Source: Cyanophora paradoxa CCMP329
Lineage: Eukaryota; Plantae; Glaucophyta
Length of the DNA stretch: 64,000 nucleotides
Assembly: GCA_004431415.1 (NCBI GenBank)
Contig: QPMI01000409.1
Span: 62,001-126,000 of the forward strand
Direction: 5' to 3'
A program made the position numbers and the translations under genes. Positions 42,418 to 55,566 of this stretch are shown piece after piece. Each line of letters begins with the position of its first letter. The first letter of the stretch is position 1. The notes beneath the pieces are model-generated. The model was not told where the DNA came from and ran no database searches. It saw only the letters and a list, made by a program, of their open reading frames with translations.

Positions 42418-42448
42418 GAAACGGGCTGAGCGGAAACGGGCTGAGCGC
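42418..42448 (+). repeat. 15-bp tandem duplication in the divergent PI31/GNAT promoter
   Basis: gaaacgggctgagcg repeated back to back, about 40 nt downstream of a TATAAAA at about 42380. Confidence 0.75.
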
Positions 42449-42492
42449 TCGAGGCCTAGCGCGCGGGCCAGGCGGAGCGACTTCGAGCTTGG

Positions 42493-43599
42493 ATGGCGCG
42501 ACGCGACGAAATAGGACGCGGCGCGCGCCCGGAGTGCAGGGCATCCCTCGCCGTGCGGCCGGCGTTCGTCGCTGCCCCGCCGGCGGACCCAGCGGCCTGC
42601 ACGCTCTCCGTGCCATCTGTCTGGAAACCATCGATTCTCTGCCGACGCAGCGTGGGCAGAAGATGCTCAGCCGACGCGACGCAGCCGCGGCCGCGCGTGC
42701 GCACGCGCTTCTTCATCAACGCGGCTTCTGGTGTAGATCTAGAGGTCGCGGAATCGGAGCGCCAGTCTGCGCGCGGTGCTGGTGCTGGAATACAGAGCAG
42801 CCGCCTGCGAGAAATGCTGGAACGTGCAGCCAAAAACGCTCGAAAGCTTGCGCCCGAAAGCTTCCTGCTGAGGATGGCTCGAGAAGACGACCTTGATGAA
42901 ATTGCGGGAGTCTATGTAAGCGCCCTGCAATGCAAACCAGATGGTTTCTGGAAATGGAGGTACGACGCTTTTTTGACTCCAGCGCTGGAAGGATTGGACT
43001 CACGATTATCTAGGAACTCGATTCGTCAGCAGTTAGCCGACCAGAACACCTTCTTATTTGTTGCTACCAAAGGAGAACGCATTGTGGGCGCTGTAACACT
43101 GGCACGCGGGAGCAATGTGAGACTTCTGGATCTTTTCTCTCCTCTGCATCTTCTGACTTCTTGACAGTTTGCTCCCGCTAGACCTGGCATCGTCTATCTG
43201 TCGGGGCTTAACGTGCACAACGAATTCCAGAGGCGAGGAATTGGAAAGATGCTCATGAGCCAGGCGGAATCTTTTGCCCTTTCTCACGGAATGAGCACAG
43301 TCTTCCTGCATGGTTTTTTGCTCTCTCCTGGTCTTTCTGCGGATGCTTGATGCTGACTACTAGCACAGTTCGCGATGATGATCGGAATGCTAAAAAGTTT
43401 TACGAGAGACTGGGATATCGGCCGGACTGGTTCTGGAGCTACTGGATATTGCTTCTGTACTTATGGTATGTGCATGTGCAGGGATGACTCGAAAGTAAGC
43501 TCATGTTTTCGCAGGTGTGGCCCAGTGGAAGGGCGGAGTAAGAATCTCCATCATCAGAAGGGGCGGCCTGATCGATCCACAAGCGATTCAGTTTTCTAG
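42493..43599 (+). CDS. GNAT-family N-acetyltransferase with long N-terminal targeting-like extension
   Basis: YLSGLNVHNEFQRRGIGKMLMSQAE (acetyl-CoA motif A) and VFLHVRDDDRNAKKFYERLGY (motif B); start codon uncertain. Confidence 0.8.
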
Positions 43600-44193
43600 C
43601 TTGCGAATGGTTCTCCATTGCATAGACATTGTACAATATCTTTTTCGGCTGCTGCACAGCAGACACAGCAGGCCTCCCTTGTATTTGTTCTATCACTGTA
43701 ATGTAGTCTGTAGTAGCTTTCAAGTTTAAGCACAGTGTATTTCTTGACTACACTTCAAGGCTTGGGCAGGTGCAACCCTCGCGGTTCCCTTGAGGCACAC
43801 GCTCCACCCCTGCACATGTGCCGTGTACATGTGGGCACCTGTCTAGCTATATAGCTATAGCTATATTGCTCGCCTGGCTGGCTCAAGGAAAGACAGGTGC
43901 CCAATTGCATGACGTCGACGCAGCTGGTACGTATATATACTGCCGCCCATGGCCAAGACATGATGCGGCTCCGGCACTGTGTAGTATACCAGTAGCTCAG
44001 GCGGCTGGCTAGTGTTCTCAGGGAAACGCATTACTCTCCTTAGCAGGGCCCAGCAGGCCAGCTTGCTGGTGGGCTGAGTCCGCTGCACGCCGCAGTATAG
44101 CCCATACCTTGCGACTTGAGTTCGTCTCTAAATGCTGGCTGGCTGTACATTGTAAATTTGAATTCACATGCTGACACACACCAACGGAAAGTC

Positions 44194-45144
44194 CTACTGC
44201 TTCTTCGGGGCAAGTATGCTTTCCAGCTGCGTCTTCAGCTGCTGGTTTGTGCGCTTGAGGAAAGCGATCTCCTCTGCGTGCTTCTTCTCTTCGAGTGCTC
44301 GCCGCTCGCTCTCCCTCTTCTCGATAGCTTCGCATTTGGCTTTCAGCTCTTGCACCTGCTTCTCAAGCTCCTTCTTCTCCGCTTCCAGCTGCTTAATCTG
44401 AGGCAGCCGGGGTCAAGCGATGCAATTCTTATTGCAACGAGCGAAAGCGCACCTTTGCCTCCATGTCGGCCTTGCCCTGCTCTGCCTGTAGTGCTTTCCT
44501 CATCCCGAACGCTACGCTGCTCTCGTACAGTGTTTGGTACGCCGCAATGGTCATCCGGATCTCGTCGCGGACGCGCAGGAGCAGCAGGCCGCGCTCGGCG
44601 CAGTTGATAGTGACTTGGCGGATGAGCTCATCTTCGCGGGGCATCAGCGCGCCTCTGGGCTAAGCGGCTAGCCAGCGGCACACGCACCGAAGCACTGCGC
44701 GTACAGCTCCTCCCGCACAGGACAGATGCCTGTCTCGCGTGCCTGCCGCTGCTGCAGCCGCTGGTCCAGCTGTTCCTGCACGGAGGGCTTAGACCTCTGC
44801 ACCGCGGCGGCGGCGGCGGGCGAGCCTGGAGGTTGATGACATCCAGGCGCGTAGCCGGCGTGCTAGAGACGAACTGGATCCAGAGCTGGCCATCCTCAGT
44901 CCATTCCCTGCAGCGACATAAGTTCGTCGTGGGCACGCGAGGCTCAGCCGTGGACGAACCGTGGAGGCAGGATAGAGTTGAGAATATCCTCAGTTTGCGT
45001 GAGCTGCGGTTTGATCTCTACGGGCGGCAGCTTCTTCCCGCCCTTCGCAGACTTCGCAGGGCCCTTCGGCTTCTTGTCTTTGATGGTGGACACAAGGATG
45101 GGGTTGTCATACTTAACTAGCGAGTTCAACGGAGCGATCGGCAT
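44194..45144 (-). CDS. DNALI1: Axonemal inner-arm dynein light intermediate chain p28
   Basis: SLVKYDNPILVS, TEDILNSILPPREWTEDGQLW, RQARETGICPVREELYAQCFDELIRQVTINCAERGLLLLRVRDE, YESSVAFGMRKALQAEQGK. Confidence 0.96.
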
Positions 45145-46033
45145 CGCTGCTGGTGCGCCGTAAGCTGCCAAACAAGGGCCGACCCAAATTGGCGAGATCA
45201 ACCTGTACCCCAAAATTTGCTGCACCGTCCGCACGGCCCGCACCACCCGCACTTTGCGCAGCTGCTTCGCTGGCGCAGACTCGCGCCGGAGGTAGAGGGG
45301 GCGTGGTCGATCGGGCCGGCAGAGGATTTCTGTTTGCGCGCGCTCTGGCTGCCGCGCGTTTGTCGCTCTGTGTAGCCAAGCGGTTGTTTGAATATGCGCT
45401 CTAAACACGGCCCTAAGCCCGCCAGGCCGGCCGCGGCCGCGCCCGCGTGGCCCCGGTCCCGCAACTTCGAATTCAAGGCTTCGAATTCGATTCAATGATT
45501 CGGATCTAGTACTAGCCCCCGAGTCGGGATCCGGAATGTTGATCATTCGCCCTTACTCAAGTCAAACTTAGTCACGGAATGCATACGCGTGCCATGCATA
45601 CGATTTTCGATGAGCAAATTTAAAGTCTTCTGTGCATGCATGGTTCGTAAAGTCTTCTACTCGTGCATGTTTGATGCCATGACGGAAGAGGACCTCCGTC
45701 TGATGGAAGAGGGAGGAGGCATGAGCTCAGGCCTGCTCGCTAGCGTCGGCCACCAGTTGCGCCCAAGTGTCTCAGCACGGTTCCGTGCCAAAGGATTGAA
45801 GGGGCACCGTTCAAACGTGCTGTGAACCATTACAGCAGCACACTCAAGGCCGGAACGAGTGTATGGGTGAGATAGCAGGCGGGGATGAGGATGCGGAGGA
45901 TGGAGGATAGACCATTTGAGGGACAGGAAGGAGTCAGGGGGGGGCGTCGAATGTACAGAATACAGGGTAGCCTGCGCAGGAGAGCGTCGGCGAATTCAAG
46001 AAAAAGAGCGCATAAAGTACGGTAGGCTCACCC

Positions 46034-46855
46034 CTATTGCATGCCTGTTATTTTGCCAGTCTCCTGAGCGTACTCATAGTGAAGCTTGCTGACATCATTC
46101 CAAGCGTCGATGCGAACCCAGCCGTCCTGCTTGACGTGGTACACGTTCACGGTGCCACCGCTGTACGCGTCCCGGTGCGTCGCGTGGTAGATCGCTCGCC
46201 GCCCCAGCGCGATGGCCTCCTCCACGCTCAGGTCGAAGTGGTAGTGCGTGTCCAGGACACCATACGCGTAGGTGGAGCCCGAGCCGACAGAGAAGCGCTT
46301 GCCCTTGATGCGCGCGCCGTCGCTGTCCACGTAAAACAGGTTCGGCCCAGTCTTGTCCCAGCCAGCGATCATCGTGCCCATGGACAATCCCATGCCCTTG
46401 TAATTGTACACGATGTTGGCAAGGAGCTTCGATGCAGCAGCCACGGAGATGCGCTCCTTGTTGCGGAGCTCGAACATGCGGCAGAGCATGCCGAGATAGC
46501 GCTCCCAGTACTGACAATCCGCCGCGCCGCCGGCCATCGTGCCCAGGAGGTACGGGTTGATCTCAATGACCTTCTTCACTGACTGAGACGAGATGTACTT
46601 GCCCATGGACGCGCGGGAGTCCACGGCGATGAGAACGCCGTGCTTGAAGACGAAGCCGAGGGTCGTCGTGCCGTGCGCGAACTCAATCTTCGGAGGCGCG
46701 TCCGGCCGCGCGAACACCTCATCGAGGTACGTTGCAGGGTTGAGCACGGGCGGAAGCGCAAAATGGTCAGGGTCGACCTCCTCGTCTACGTCGCGGCCGG
46801 GGACGGCGGGCCCGAGTCTGAGAGCTGGAGCGCGAACCAGTGCCTCGAGCGCCAT
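46034..46855 (-). CDS. PSMB5: 20S proteasome subunit beta-5, intronless
   Basis: Propeptide followed by HG|[56 protein letters not shown]; uninterrupted 273-aa ORF. Confidence 0.97.
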   Translation of the reverse strand: MALEALVRAPALRLGPAVPGRDVDEEVDPDHFALPPVLNPATYLDEVFARPDAPPKIEFAHGTTTLGFVFKHGVLIAVDSRASMGKYISSQSVKKVIEINPYLLGTMAGGAADCQYWERYLGMLCRMFELRNKERISVAAASKLLANIVYNYKGMGLSMGTMIAGWDKTGPNLFYVDSDGARIKGKRFSVGSGSTYAYGVLDTHYHFDLSVEEAIALGRRAIYHATHRDAYSGGTVNVYHVKQDGWVRIDAWNDVSKLHYEYAQETGKITGMQ

Positions 46856-47003
46856 CGTGACAGACGCGCTGCTGCTGCTGACTGGACCGAATGCGTACGC
46901 GGCTAGATGGCAAGCCGACTAGCCGGCGGCTCAGCAGGGTACAGGTGAGCGCGGCTTGTTCTCCACCGCACTCGCCTCCGCCGAGTGAAGCTCGGAGTGG
47001 CAA

Positions 47004-49743
47004 ATGGACGTATACTCGCTCGTGCAGGAGCAGCACGGCACCCGCGGTTCGTCGTCCGCCGCCGCACGCCTTCGCCCGGCTAATCGCATCTGCAGGGGGG
47101 AGGCATCAGCAGATACCGGCGGAGCGCCAGAAGCAAGACGACCACACCTGTAAGTTATCGCGCCGCCGGCGGCGGCGGTTTACCCGGTCGCCGCTCATGC
47201 TTGTCGCGGCTCAGCCGTCGCCTCGCCGCCGCCGCCGCACCCTTTCTTCGGCACGCACATCTCCTCTAGGGCGGCCCTTGGCTATGAGATCACGGAGGAG
47301 CTAGGCCAGGGCGCCTATGGTGCGTCGCACCCTCGACGCCGGCAGGCTCGCAGCTCAATCGCGTTTGTTTCGCGGCCAGGTCTTGTGTGCGGGGGGATCG
47401 ACAAGGCCACCGGGCAGAGGGTCGCAATCAAGCACATAACCCACGTATTCGATTCGAACGTCGACGCCAAACGCATCCTTCGCGAGCTCTTCCTCCTCAA
47501 GAGGTTGAAGCACGAGAACGTGCCTCCGGCCCCGCCAATCGCTTCGTTCGCCTTTCTGGGGCTTAGCTATGCCGCGCAGATCATTCCGCTGCGGGATATC
47601 CTTTTGCCGTCCTCCTCTACCACTTTCAACGACCTGTGCGCCCCTGTTGAGCGTTCGATTCGCCGCCGCTTTGCCAAGCGGCTCATCCCGTGCTCGCTCC
47701 GCCGCGCGCTCCAGTTTCGTTGTGTTCGAGCGGCTCGACACGGACCTTCTTAAGGTCATCCAGTCGGTAAGAACGAGGGCGCGACCGAAGGGCTCGCTGC
47801 CGCGCCCGACGCCCTCCGCAGAACCAGTTCCTCACGATAGCGCACGTTCAGCACTTCTTGTACCAGGTCCGACCCTCGGACCCGGCTCCTTTTCCTTTTC
47901 CTCGCAGGGGGGCTTACCGAGCGGCAGCTGCTCAAGGGTCTTAAGTACTTGCATTCGGCCCACATCTTCCACCGAGACCTGGTCCGCGCGTTTCTTTCGC
48001 TGCCGTGCGGCGGCCGCTCCTTTGTTCGAGCGCGTACGACCCCACTCCCAGAAACCGGCCAACGTCCTGCTGAACAAGAACTGCGAGCTCAAGGTGACCT
48101 TTCTTCCAAGTCGTACCGCGCCCTCTCTCTTTCGTTCATGCCGTCTGCCCGGCTCGCAGATCTGCGACTTCGGAATGGCGCGGGGGTACGGCGACATCGA
48201 CCAGGATGCGAGCGGGCCGCAGGCGGGCCCCAGCAAGATCCGGAAGACGCTGAGCGCGCACGTCGTCACCCGCTGGTACCGCGCCCCGGAGGTCATCCTC
48301 CAGCAGAAGGACTACACCCGCGCCATCGACGTCTGGTCCTGGTAGCCTCCCCTTTCCGTCCCCCCCCCTTCTCCCCCCCCTTCCCCCCCCTCCTCCTTCT
48401 CTTCCTCCCCCCCCTCCCCCCATACGACGCGCTCGGGTCTTGTCTGATGGAGGGCTTCAGCGGCTGCATTCTGGCCGAGCTGCTGGAGATGCTCGAGAAC
48501 AGGTCCGCGTACCCCTTTCGGCGCGGCGCAGAGGGGGTACCGTTATGAGACAGGCGCGCAGCGGTTTCCGATCTTCGAGGCACCCGATCTTCCCCGGCTC
48601 CTCCTGCTACCCAATGTCACCTGAGTCCTCCGACTGTGCGCGCCCGCGCCGCGCCGTCCCGCTCCAGTCGGGGCCAGGTCCCGCTGACCGCCCCCGCCCC
48701 CAGACCACGACGACCACACGGACCAGCTGGAGGCCATCTTCGACATCATCGGTACCCCCACCGAGGACGACATCTCCAAGGCGCGGGATCCCCGGTCCCC
48801 CCCCCTTTCCCTGCGCGCCCCCGACCGCGGCGGCCGCGGCGCAGGTCCGATCGGTGAAGACGCGCAACTTCCTCCGCTCGCACCCGTACCGGAGGGGCAA
48901 GTCGTTCTCCGAGATCTTCCCCGGGGCGGACGCCAACGGTGCGGGGGGGCCACCCACCGCGCCGACGCGCGTCCCTTCGCGCCTTCGGTCTGACGAGGGG
49001 CGCAGCGCTGGACCTGCTGCAGCGGATGCTGGCGTTCGACCCGTCGAACCGCTGCACCGTCGACGAGGCGCTGACGCACCCTTTCCTCAAGAGCGTCCGC
49101 AAGCCCGACCTGGAGGTGAGCCGGGGTGCCGGGCCGGCCGGCAGGGGCGCCGGCGCGCCTGAGCGGGCGGGGCGGGGCGGGGGCAGACGACGGCGCCGGA
49201 GCCCGTCGTGTGCGACTTCGAGGAGACTTCAATGCTCACCGACGACCTCCGGGGTGCGCCCGCCGGCCCCCGACGCTCCGCGCCCCCTCGCCGGCGCCCC
49301 TCACGCGCCGGGCCGGCCGGGCCGCCCGCAGGCCGCATCTACCGGGAAATTCTGGACTTCCACCCGGACGCGCAGGCGCGGCACCGCGCCGCGCAGGCCG
49401 CCGCGGGGCCCGGGGCGCCCACCCCGCCCGCCCACCGCAAGCGCAAGGAGTTCGCCGGCTACGGCGCCCCCGCCGGGCCCTCGGCCCCGCCGGCCCCGCA
49501 CGCGGCCGTGGAGGCGGCCCACGCCCACGCCAGCTCCTCCGAGGGCGCAGCGCCCCACGCCGCGCCTCAGGCAGCCCCGGCGGCCCGGCCGCGGCCCCGC
49601 CCGCCCAACCCCCCGCTTCTGCGCAACAAGCTGCGGCGGCCGCGCAGCCGGCGGCAGCGGCGGCCGCGCAGCCGGTGCAGGCGGGCTTGTCCCATGGCGC
49701 GCTCGCCGCGCAGGCCACACAGGGCTACGCGGTGCCCATTTGA
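47004..49743 (+). CDS. Atypical MAP kinase (activation loop SAH), multi-exon
   Basis: [83 protein letters not shown]. Start inferred at ATG 47004 (alternative 47197); the 3' tail frame is ambiguous. Confidence 0.88.
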
Positions 49744-50778
49744 GGTCGTTCCGCGAAGCGCGCATTCTTTTCTCTCTTGTATAGAAAAACGCCGCTAGTT
49801 CGCGTATTTATCAACTGTACTATGGTAAAGATCTTTGGACCATGTGTTGTATTGTCTGTGCCTCTGATTTTGGTACTCGAGTTCACGTTTCTAGGTTTAG
49901 TGATTCTTGCTGCAGTACTAGTTCTCCGATCGACATCGATATCGATGCCCGCTTCTCCGAGTTTCGTTGCGTCAGCTCGTGACACGCGATGTTCGTTAGC
50001 TGTCCAACTAGCAGCACATCTGTGATCATGATCTACACGCCGGGCAGTTTTTCGTGGCGATTTGGGACTCCGGTCCGGGCCCGGGGAGTGAAATCGATGC
50101 CTTTCGCCGCCGGCTGCCGGGCCGGAGTGCCGCAGTGCATGCTCGCTTTCCGAGCCCAGGCCGGGCCCTAGGGCCCTGACCGTCGGACCAATGGGCCCGG
50201 GACTCCGTCGGGACTCCGGCCCGGGCCCTAGCTATATATATAGGGCCCTGACCGTCGGACGAATGGACCTCAGCCTGGCCCAGTGGCAGACCGTCAGACT
50301 CCGCGCCGCGGCGGGGCCGAGGCTCTGCCGGCGCCCGGGGCGGCAGGACTCGGGATGAGATTCATGATTGAAATTTAAACTTGCAAGTTGAAACCCTTGA
50401 ACCGAATTCGAGGTTCTCAGTTCTTCCGAGTTCCGAAGTTCAAGGCTTGATGACTTCCGTTCGGAACTCGGAACACTAAACTTGCCAAGTTGCCAAGTTG
50501 ATCCGATGATCCGATGATCATGAAACTCCGTCCAACCATATGCATGAATCTAGCTATAGATGCGTGTCAAGCCAGTGTGATTTAGATCTACTCCTGGCGC
50601 CGGCGCGACAACAAAGACAAACGTCGCCGAGTCGCGGCCGCCCCACCGTCTGACTGTCCATCCCGGAGTCCCCGTCCAACCCCGTCCAACCTGTCTAGTG
50701 ATCATAATGCACAACCACTGAGCGGCGCAGATCGCGGGGCGTCTACAGCTACGGCTAGCCCAGCGGCTAGCTGTAGCA

Positions 50779-53700
50779 CTACTCGAGGGCCTTGCGGAAG
50801 CCGGCGAGCATGCCGCGCCCCGCGGTCTTGAGCTTGTCGGAGACTTTCTCGCCCGAGTTGCCCGAGGCGGCCGCGGACGAGTCCCCGATCCCGAAGCGCT
50901 CCCTGAGGGAGAGGCCGGCCCCGGGGGGCTGCCCCGGGTTGGAGCCCCCGGGCCCCCCCGCGGGGGCCTCCTTGGAGAAGAGGGACGTGAAGGGCTTCGA
51001 GGCGGGGGGCGGGGGGAGGGCGCCCCCGCTCCCGCTCGGCGGGGGCGAGGCGGAGGGGCCCGGCGAGGGGCCCGCGGCGGAGGGGGCGGGCCGCGGGGGC
51101 AGGGCCGGCGGGGGGCCCGAGGGGGCGGCGAGGGAGCCGGTGGCGGGGCCGGGCGGGGCGCCGGGCTTCTTGTTGAAGCCCCACTTCTCCTGCATGGACG
51201 TGAACTTGTCCGCCAGGCTGCTCTGCTGCATCTTGAACTTGTCCGCGAGCGTCGCCTGCCCGCCCGGCCCCGCGGCGGCGGCGGCGGCGGCGGCGCCCGT
51301 GCCCGTGGGGTTGGGCGACGGGCTCGGCTGCGGGTTCTTCTTCATGGAGAGGGGGCCCAGGCTGCCCGGCAGCTTGATGCCGGCGGACTTGAGGCCCTGA
51401 AACCGCGCGGGGCCTCGTCAAGGGCGGGGGGGTCACACGGGGGGTCAAGCAGGGGCGGGCCTTGAGCTCGAGAATCTTGGCGAAGTCGGCGGCGGAGCCG
51501 TCGGGCACGAGCCGGTGGTACGTGTCCGAGAGCGCGTCCGGCGGCGCCAGGAGGACCTGTGAGAGGGCCTGAGCCGCAGAGCGGAGCAGGGCTGGGCTGA
51601 CCCTGCACGGATGGAGAGGCGGGCACCTTGAGGAGCGTGTCCACCTTGGCCATCTCCTTCTCCACGTACTTCTGGTAGCTGCGCGGCGGGGCCGGGGCCC
51701 GGCCTCGAAAACGAGCCCGGTGCGAGGCTGTACTGGCACCCAGGGCGCCTGGGGGGCACCTGGCGGGGACTTCGTGGGTGAGGGTGGCGGGGATCTGGAG
51801 GAGGAGGCCCTTGAGGGCGTGCGCGTCGACCTGCCGGCGAGGCCGTGAGCCTTTCCGACGTTCGCCGGGGGGCGGGCAGGCGGGCCTGGAGCTGCTGGGC
51901 GCCGATGTCGTTGAGGCGCTTGCAGCGGTAGATGCTCACGACGTAGCGCGGGATCAGCGACCTGCGGAGGGTTGGCGCGGTTGTCAGAGCGGGGGGCGGC
52001 GGCAAGCTCCAGCCCGATCGATCTGCGCGAGAGGACCAAGAGGCGGCCGGCAGGGCGCACGCGACGAGCTTGTCGCAGAAGAAGCGGAAGTGGGTGTCGG
52101 AGAGGAGGTGCGCGAGGGTCGGGACCTGCGAGGCGAGAGGCGAGCCGCTCAGGGGCGCAGCCCTAAAAGAGGATGGAAGCTCCGCTGCGCGGACCGTGCT
52201 CTGGAAGATGCCGCCGATGGTGGAAACGTAGGGGCTCTGGTCGCCGACCGCCTCGACGGCCGACCAGTTCATGCGCGTCATCTGCTCCAGCGCGCCCTGC
52301 ACCTTGGTCTCCACCCCGAGCACCAGGATCCGCACCGCCTTCGTGATCGCCCTGCCGGAGGGACTGAGAGGGGAAGAAGGCAGGGAGGGAGGCAGGGGGA
52401 CGGGGCAGCGGACCCCGAGAATTCCTCCTGCTCGGCGCTGAGGTCGACGGCCTCGAGGAACTGCTTCTCGATGACGCGCCGGATGCTCTCCGCCAGCTGC
52501 CCGATCGTCTCGCTGCAGTAGTCCGCCGTGTTGACGACCAGGCACACCGTCCGCTCCTCCTTCTCCGTCAGCTTCACCTGCTCCTCGCGGTCGTGCAGCA
52601 GCGCCGCCGCCGCCATCACCGCCGCCGCCCCGCTCGAGACCCTGCGCCAAGCTTCAGGCAGCCGCGCGGCGAGCGGAGGGAGCAACGCGAGTCATGCCTG
52701 GGGAGCTTTGCGGTGAGGGCGTCCGCATACATCTTGAGGTACTTCTTGAAGAGGCGCTGCGGGGGCGCAGGGGCGGCAGGTCGGCGGGGCGGGGGGGGGC
52801 CAGCGCCGGGAGGGAGGGAGGGGGGAGGGCGGGCGCCTGCATGTTGAAGAGGGTCTGGTTGCGGGTGAACATGGAGCACTCCTTGAGGCTCCCCTTCATG
52901 AACAGGAAGAGCTCCACGCTGCTCTGGAGCACCTGCCCCCGCGCCCCGCCTCAGCCGCGCCTGCCCGCCTCGCTCGCTTCGAGCAGGCGTGCGCCGCGCG
53001 CCTTGTTCGTGCTGCCGGCGGCGTCCTGCGGCAGGTCCCACTTCTCCTCCTTGAGCACCTCGCTGAGCTTCTTCGAGAGGTTCCTGCGCCGAGGGGGTCA
53101 GGCGGGGGCCGGCGGGGCGGGAGGAGAGGGGTGCGGCGCGCTTGTCGACGAGGTCGAGGTAGGGCCCCATGTAGGGCTCGAAGCAGCTGGAGACGAGGCC
53201 GCGGAAGACGATGCGGTCCTTCTCGTGCTCGGCCACCCGCCGGCCCAGGTCCCCGGGGTCCCCCCGCCCATCCTTCGACTGTCTCCGCACCGTCTCCGAG
53301 TCCTCCCCCTGCCCGCGGCCGTCGCCGGGGGGAAGGGGGGGAGCCCGCTGCGAGGCGCGCGGCGCACGGGGGCGGCCGCCGTTTGGAACCGGTGCGTGAG
53401 GTCCGTCTCGAACTCGATCGTGCGCTGCGTGGCCGGCTCGATCGTCCGTCTCGCGGAGAGGGGGTACGGTACCAGAGGGGACGGACCTGGAGGGTCTTGA
53501 CGAGGGCGCCGACCTCGCCGCGCTCGTGCTCGACGTCCAGCACCTCCACGAAGTGGCTCCTGCGCGCCCCCGTGACGCCCGGGAGGGAAGGCAAGGGGCG
53601 GGCGGGCGGGGAGGGAGGGAGAGGGGGGCGGGATTAGAAGGAGGACGGCGGGACGCCCGGCCCTCGAATGCTGAGGGCGCACCGGGTGACGGCGCAGAAC

Positions 53701-55230
53701 TCCTCGCAGAGGCGGCGGTCGGCGCGCCAGGCGGCGGGGAAGACCCGCGAGAACTGCTCCTCGTACACCCGCAGCTGCTTCTTGAGCCACTTGTACCGCA
53801 GGTCCGCCTTGTCCAGCCCCGCGCCCTCCCCTGCACCCGCCTCGACGGGGGCCGGGGGAGGGGGCGGGGGGGATGCGGGGGCGGGGCCTGCGCACCGGGG
53901 GGCTTGAACTGCTGGCCGTACGAGACGAGCTGGGCGGTGCAGAAGCGCTGCAGCACCTGATCCCTGCTCGCCGGCAGCGTCGGCCGCGGCGCGCGGGCGG
54001 GCGGGGCGGTGGGTCAGGGCGGAGCGGCGTACCGGACTTCGGGCCCCAGGGCATTGACGACCTCGCAGGCGTCCTTGAGGGACTCCGCGCGCTTCCCGTC
54101 CAGCGTCTCCGCCTCCATCCTGCCGCCCCCCCGCTCGGGCAGGGGCGCGGCTGCGGGGAGGGGAGGGCGGGGCGGGGCCGCACCCGGCGAACTCCTCGAG
54201 GATCTGCTTCTGGAGGAATGCCTTCATGCGGGCGACGCTCTCCCGCAGCTCGTTGACCCGCGGCACCGCCTTGAAGCTCTCAAAGTGGGAGCACAGTCCG
54301 TTGACCGCCTGCCGGCCGGCCGGCGCCTCAGCCCCCGCGGAGAAAAGAGGGCGGCGCGGCAGGGCGCGGGGCACCTCGAGCTTGCTACCCGCCTCCTTGT
54401 ACTGCCGCCGCTCGCCCATGCCTTGCAGCTGCTCGACGTTCGTGGCTGCGGGACGGGGCGCGTCAGCGCGGGGGGCGGGGCGGGGGCGGGGCGAACGCGG
54501 GGGCGGGGCGCGGGGGCGGGGCGCACTGAGGTTGTGGAAGCGCTTGAGGGTGGTGATGGTGGTGACGAGGTGGCGCTTGGCGTGGTCCAGGACCTTGATG
54601 TCCCGCCCAATCTCCTGCACCACCGCCTCCGACTGCTCGCTCTTCTCCCGGATCAGCCGGATCTTCGAGTAGAGCGCCTGCACCGGACGCTTCAGCCGCC
54701 GAGCACGCAGACCGCCGCTCGAAGACTCGAGCGCGCGGCGCGCGGGGCACCGCACCCGCATGGCCGCCTTCCCTTCCTCCAGGTCCTGTTTAGCTTTATC
54801 TCCGGCGCTGCTCTGCTGCCTCACAGCGACCAGAATTTCCTCGTCCAATCTCCGCATGTCGCCTTTGAGCTTCTGGATCCAGCTGTCTAGGTTCCCGAGG
54901 GAGTGCTCTGCGCCTGCGCGTTAGCACGAGCGTGCAACGAAGCGGCGGGACACGCCAACCATTCGGAAAGTTCTGCGCACGCAGGGAAGTGAGCGGGGAC
55001 GTACAGCCGTACGCGGGGCGGGGCGGGGCTCGCCTTGTTGATGCAGTCGACCGCATCGAATGACGGGCTGCCGAACGGGTCGTCGCTCGGCAGTACCTCG
55101 CTGATGACTGCGGAGCAAGGAGCGAGCGTTACGAGTGCGCGTTTCCACGAGAGAACAGCGCGGTGGCTGTCGCCACAGGACGCGGACCCTGCTCAAGCTC
55201 TGGCGAGAAGACGATGCCGTCTCCCGCCAT
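50779..55230 (-). CDS. VPS53: GARP/EARP tethering subunit VPS53, multi-exon
   Basis: DDPFGSPSFDAVDCINKNFP, EIGRDIKVLDHAKRHLVTTITTLKR, RYKWLKKQL, GLVSSCFEPYMGPY, VVNTADYCSET, IGAQQLQVD. Confidence 0.93.
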
Positions 55231-55566
55231 TGCGCCGAGCGCAAACGAGCCTCCGAGGCGCTTTCACGTTTCGTGCAGCGACCGCGGCGCTTGCCAGGCC
55301 CCAATGTGGTCCGAGGCACCGGCCGTTGGCCGCAGCGGCGTCGTTCCCTACAAGTTACGCGCTTCTCTCGCGTACCGCCGTATGCGGGCCGTGCAAGCGG
55401 GGACGGGCAGCCTCGATCCCTGTACCCCAAACAGCGAGCCCTCAGCCCCCGGCCCCGGGGTCCCCTGCTAGCAGAGCGTCGTGAGCCGCGTCCTGGAGCC
55501 GGTCCATCGCAGCGGAACGAGAAAGAGTGACCGCGCGGCCCGGCGTCTCCGTAGCCATCAGCGGAG

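Noticed and set aside
45589-45825. 78-aa ORF downstream of PSMB5
   Set aside because: No recognisable motif or codon bias; lies in probable 3' UTR/island sequence.
49571-49743. Apparent frameshift in the Ala/Pro/Gln-rich MAPK tail (programmed frameshift?)
   Set aside because: No slippery heptamer; a 1-nt error in a C/G run or an unrecognised small intron is more parsimonious.
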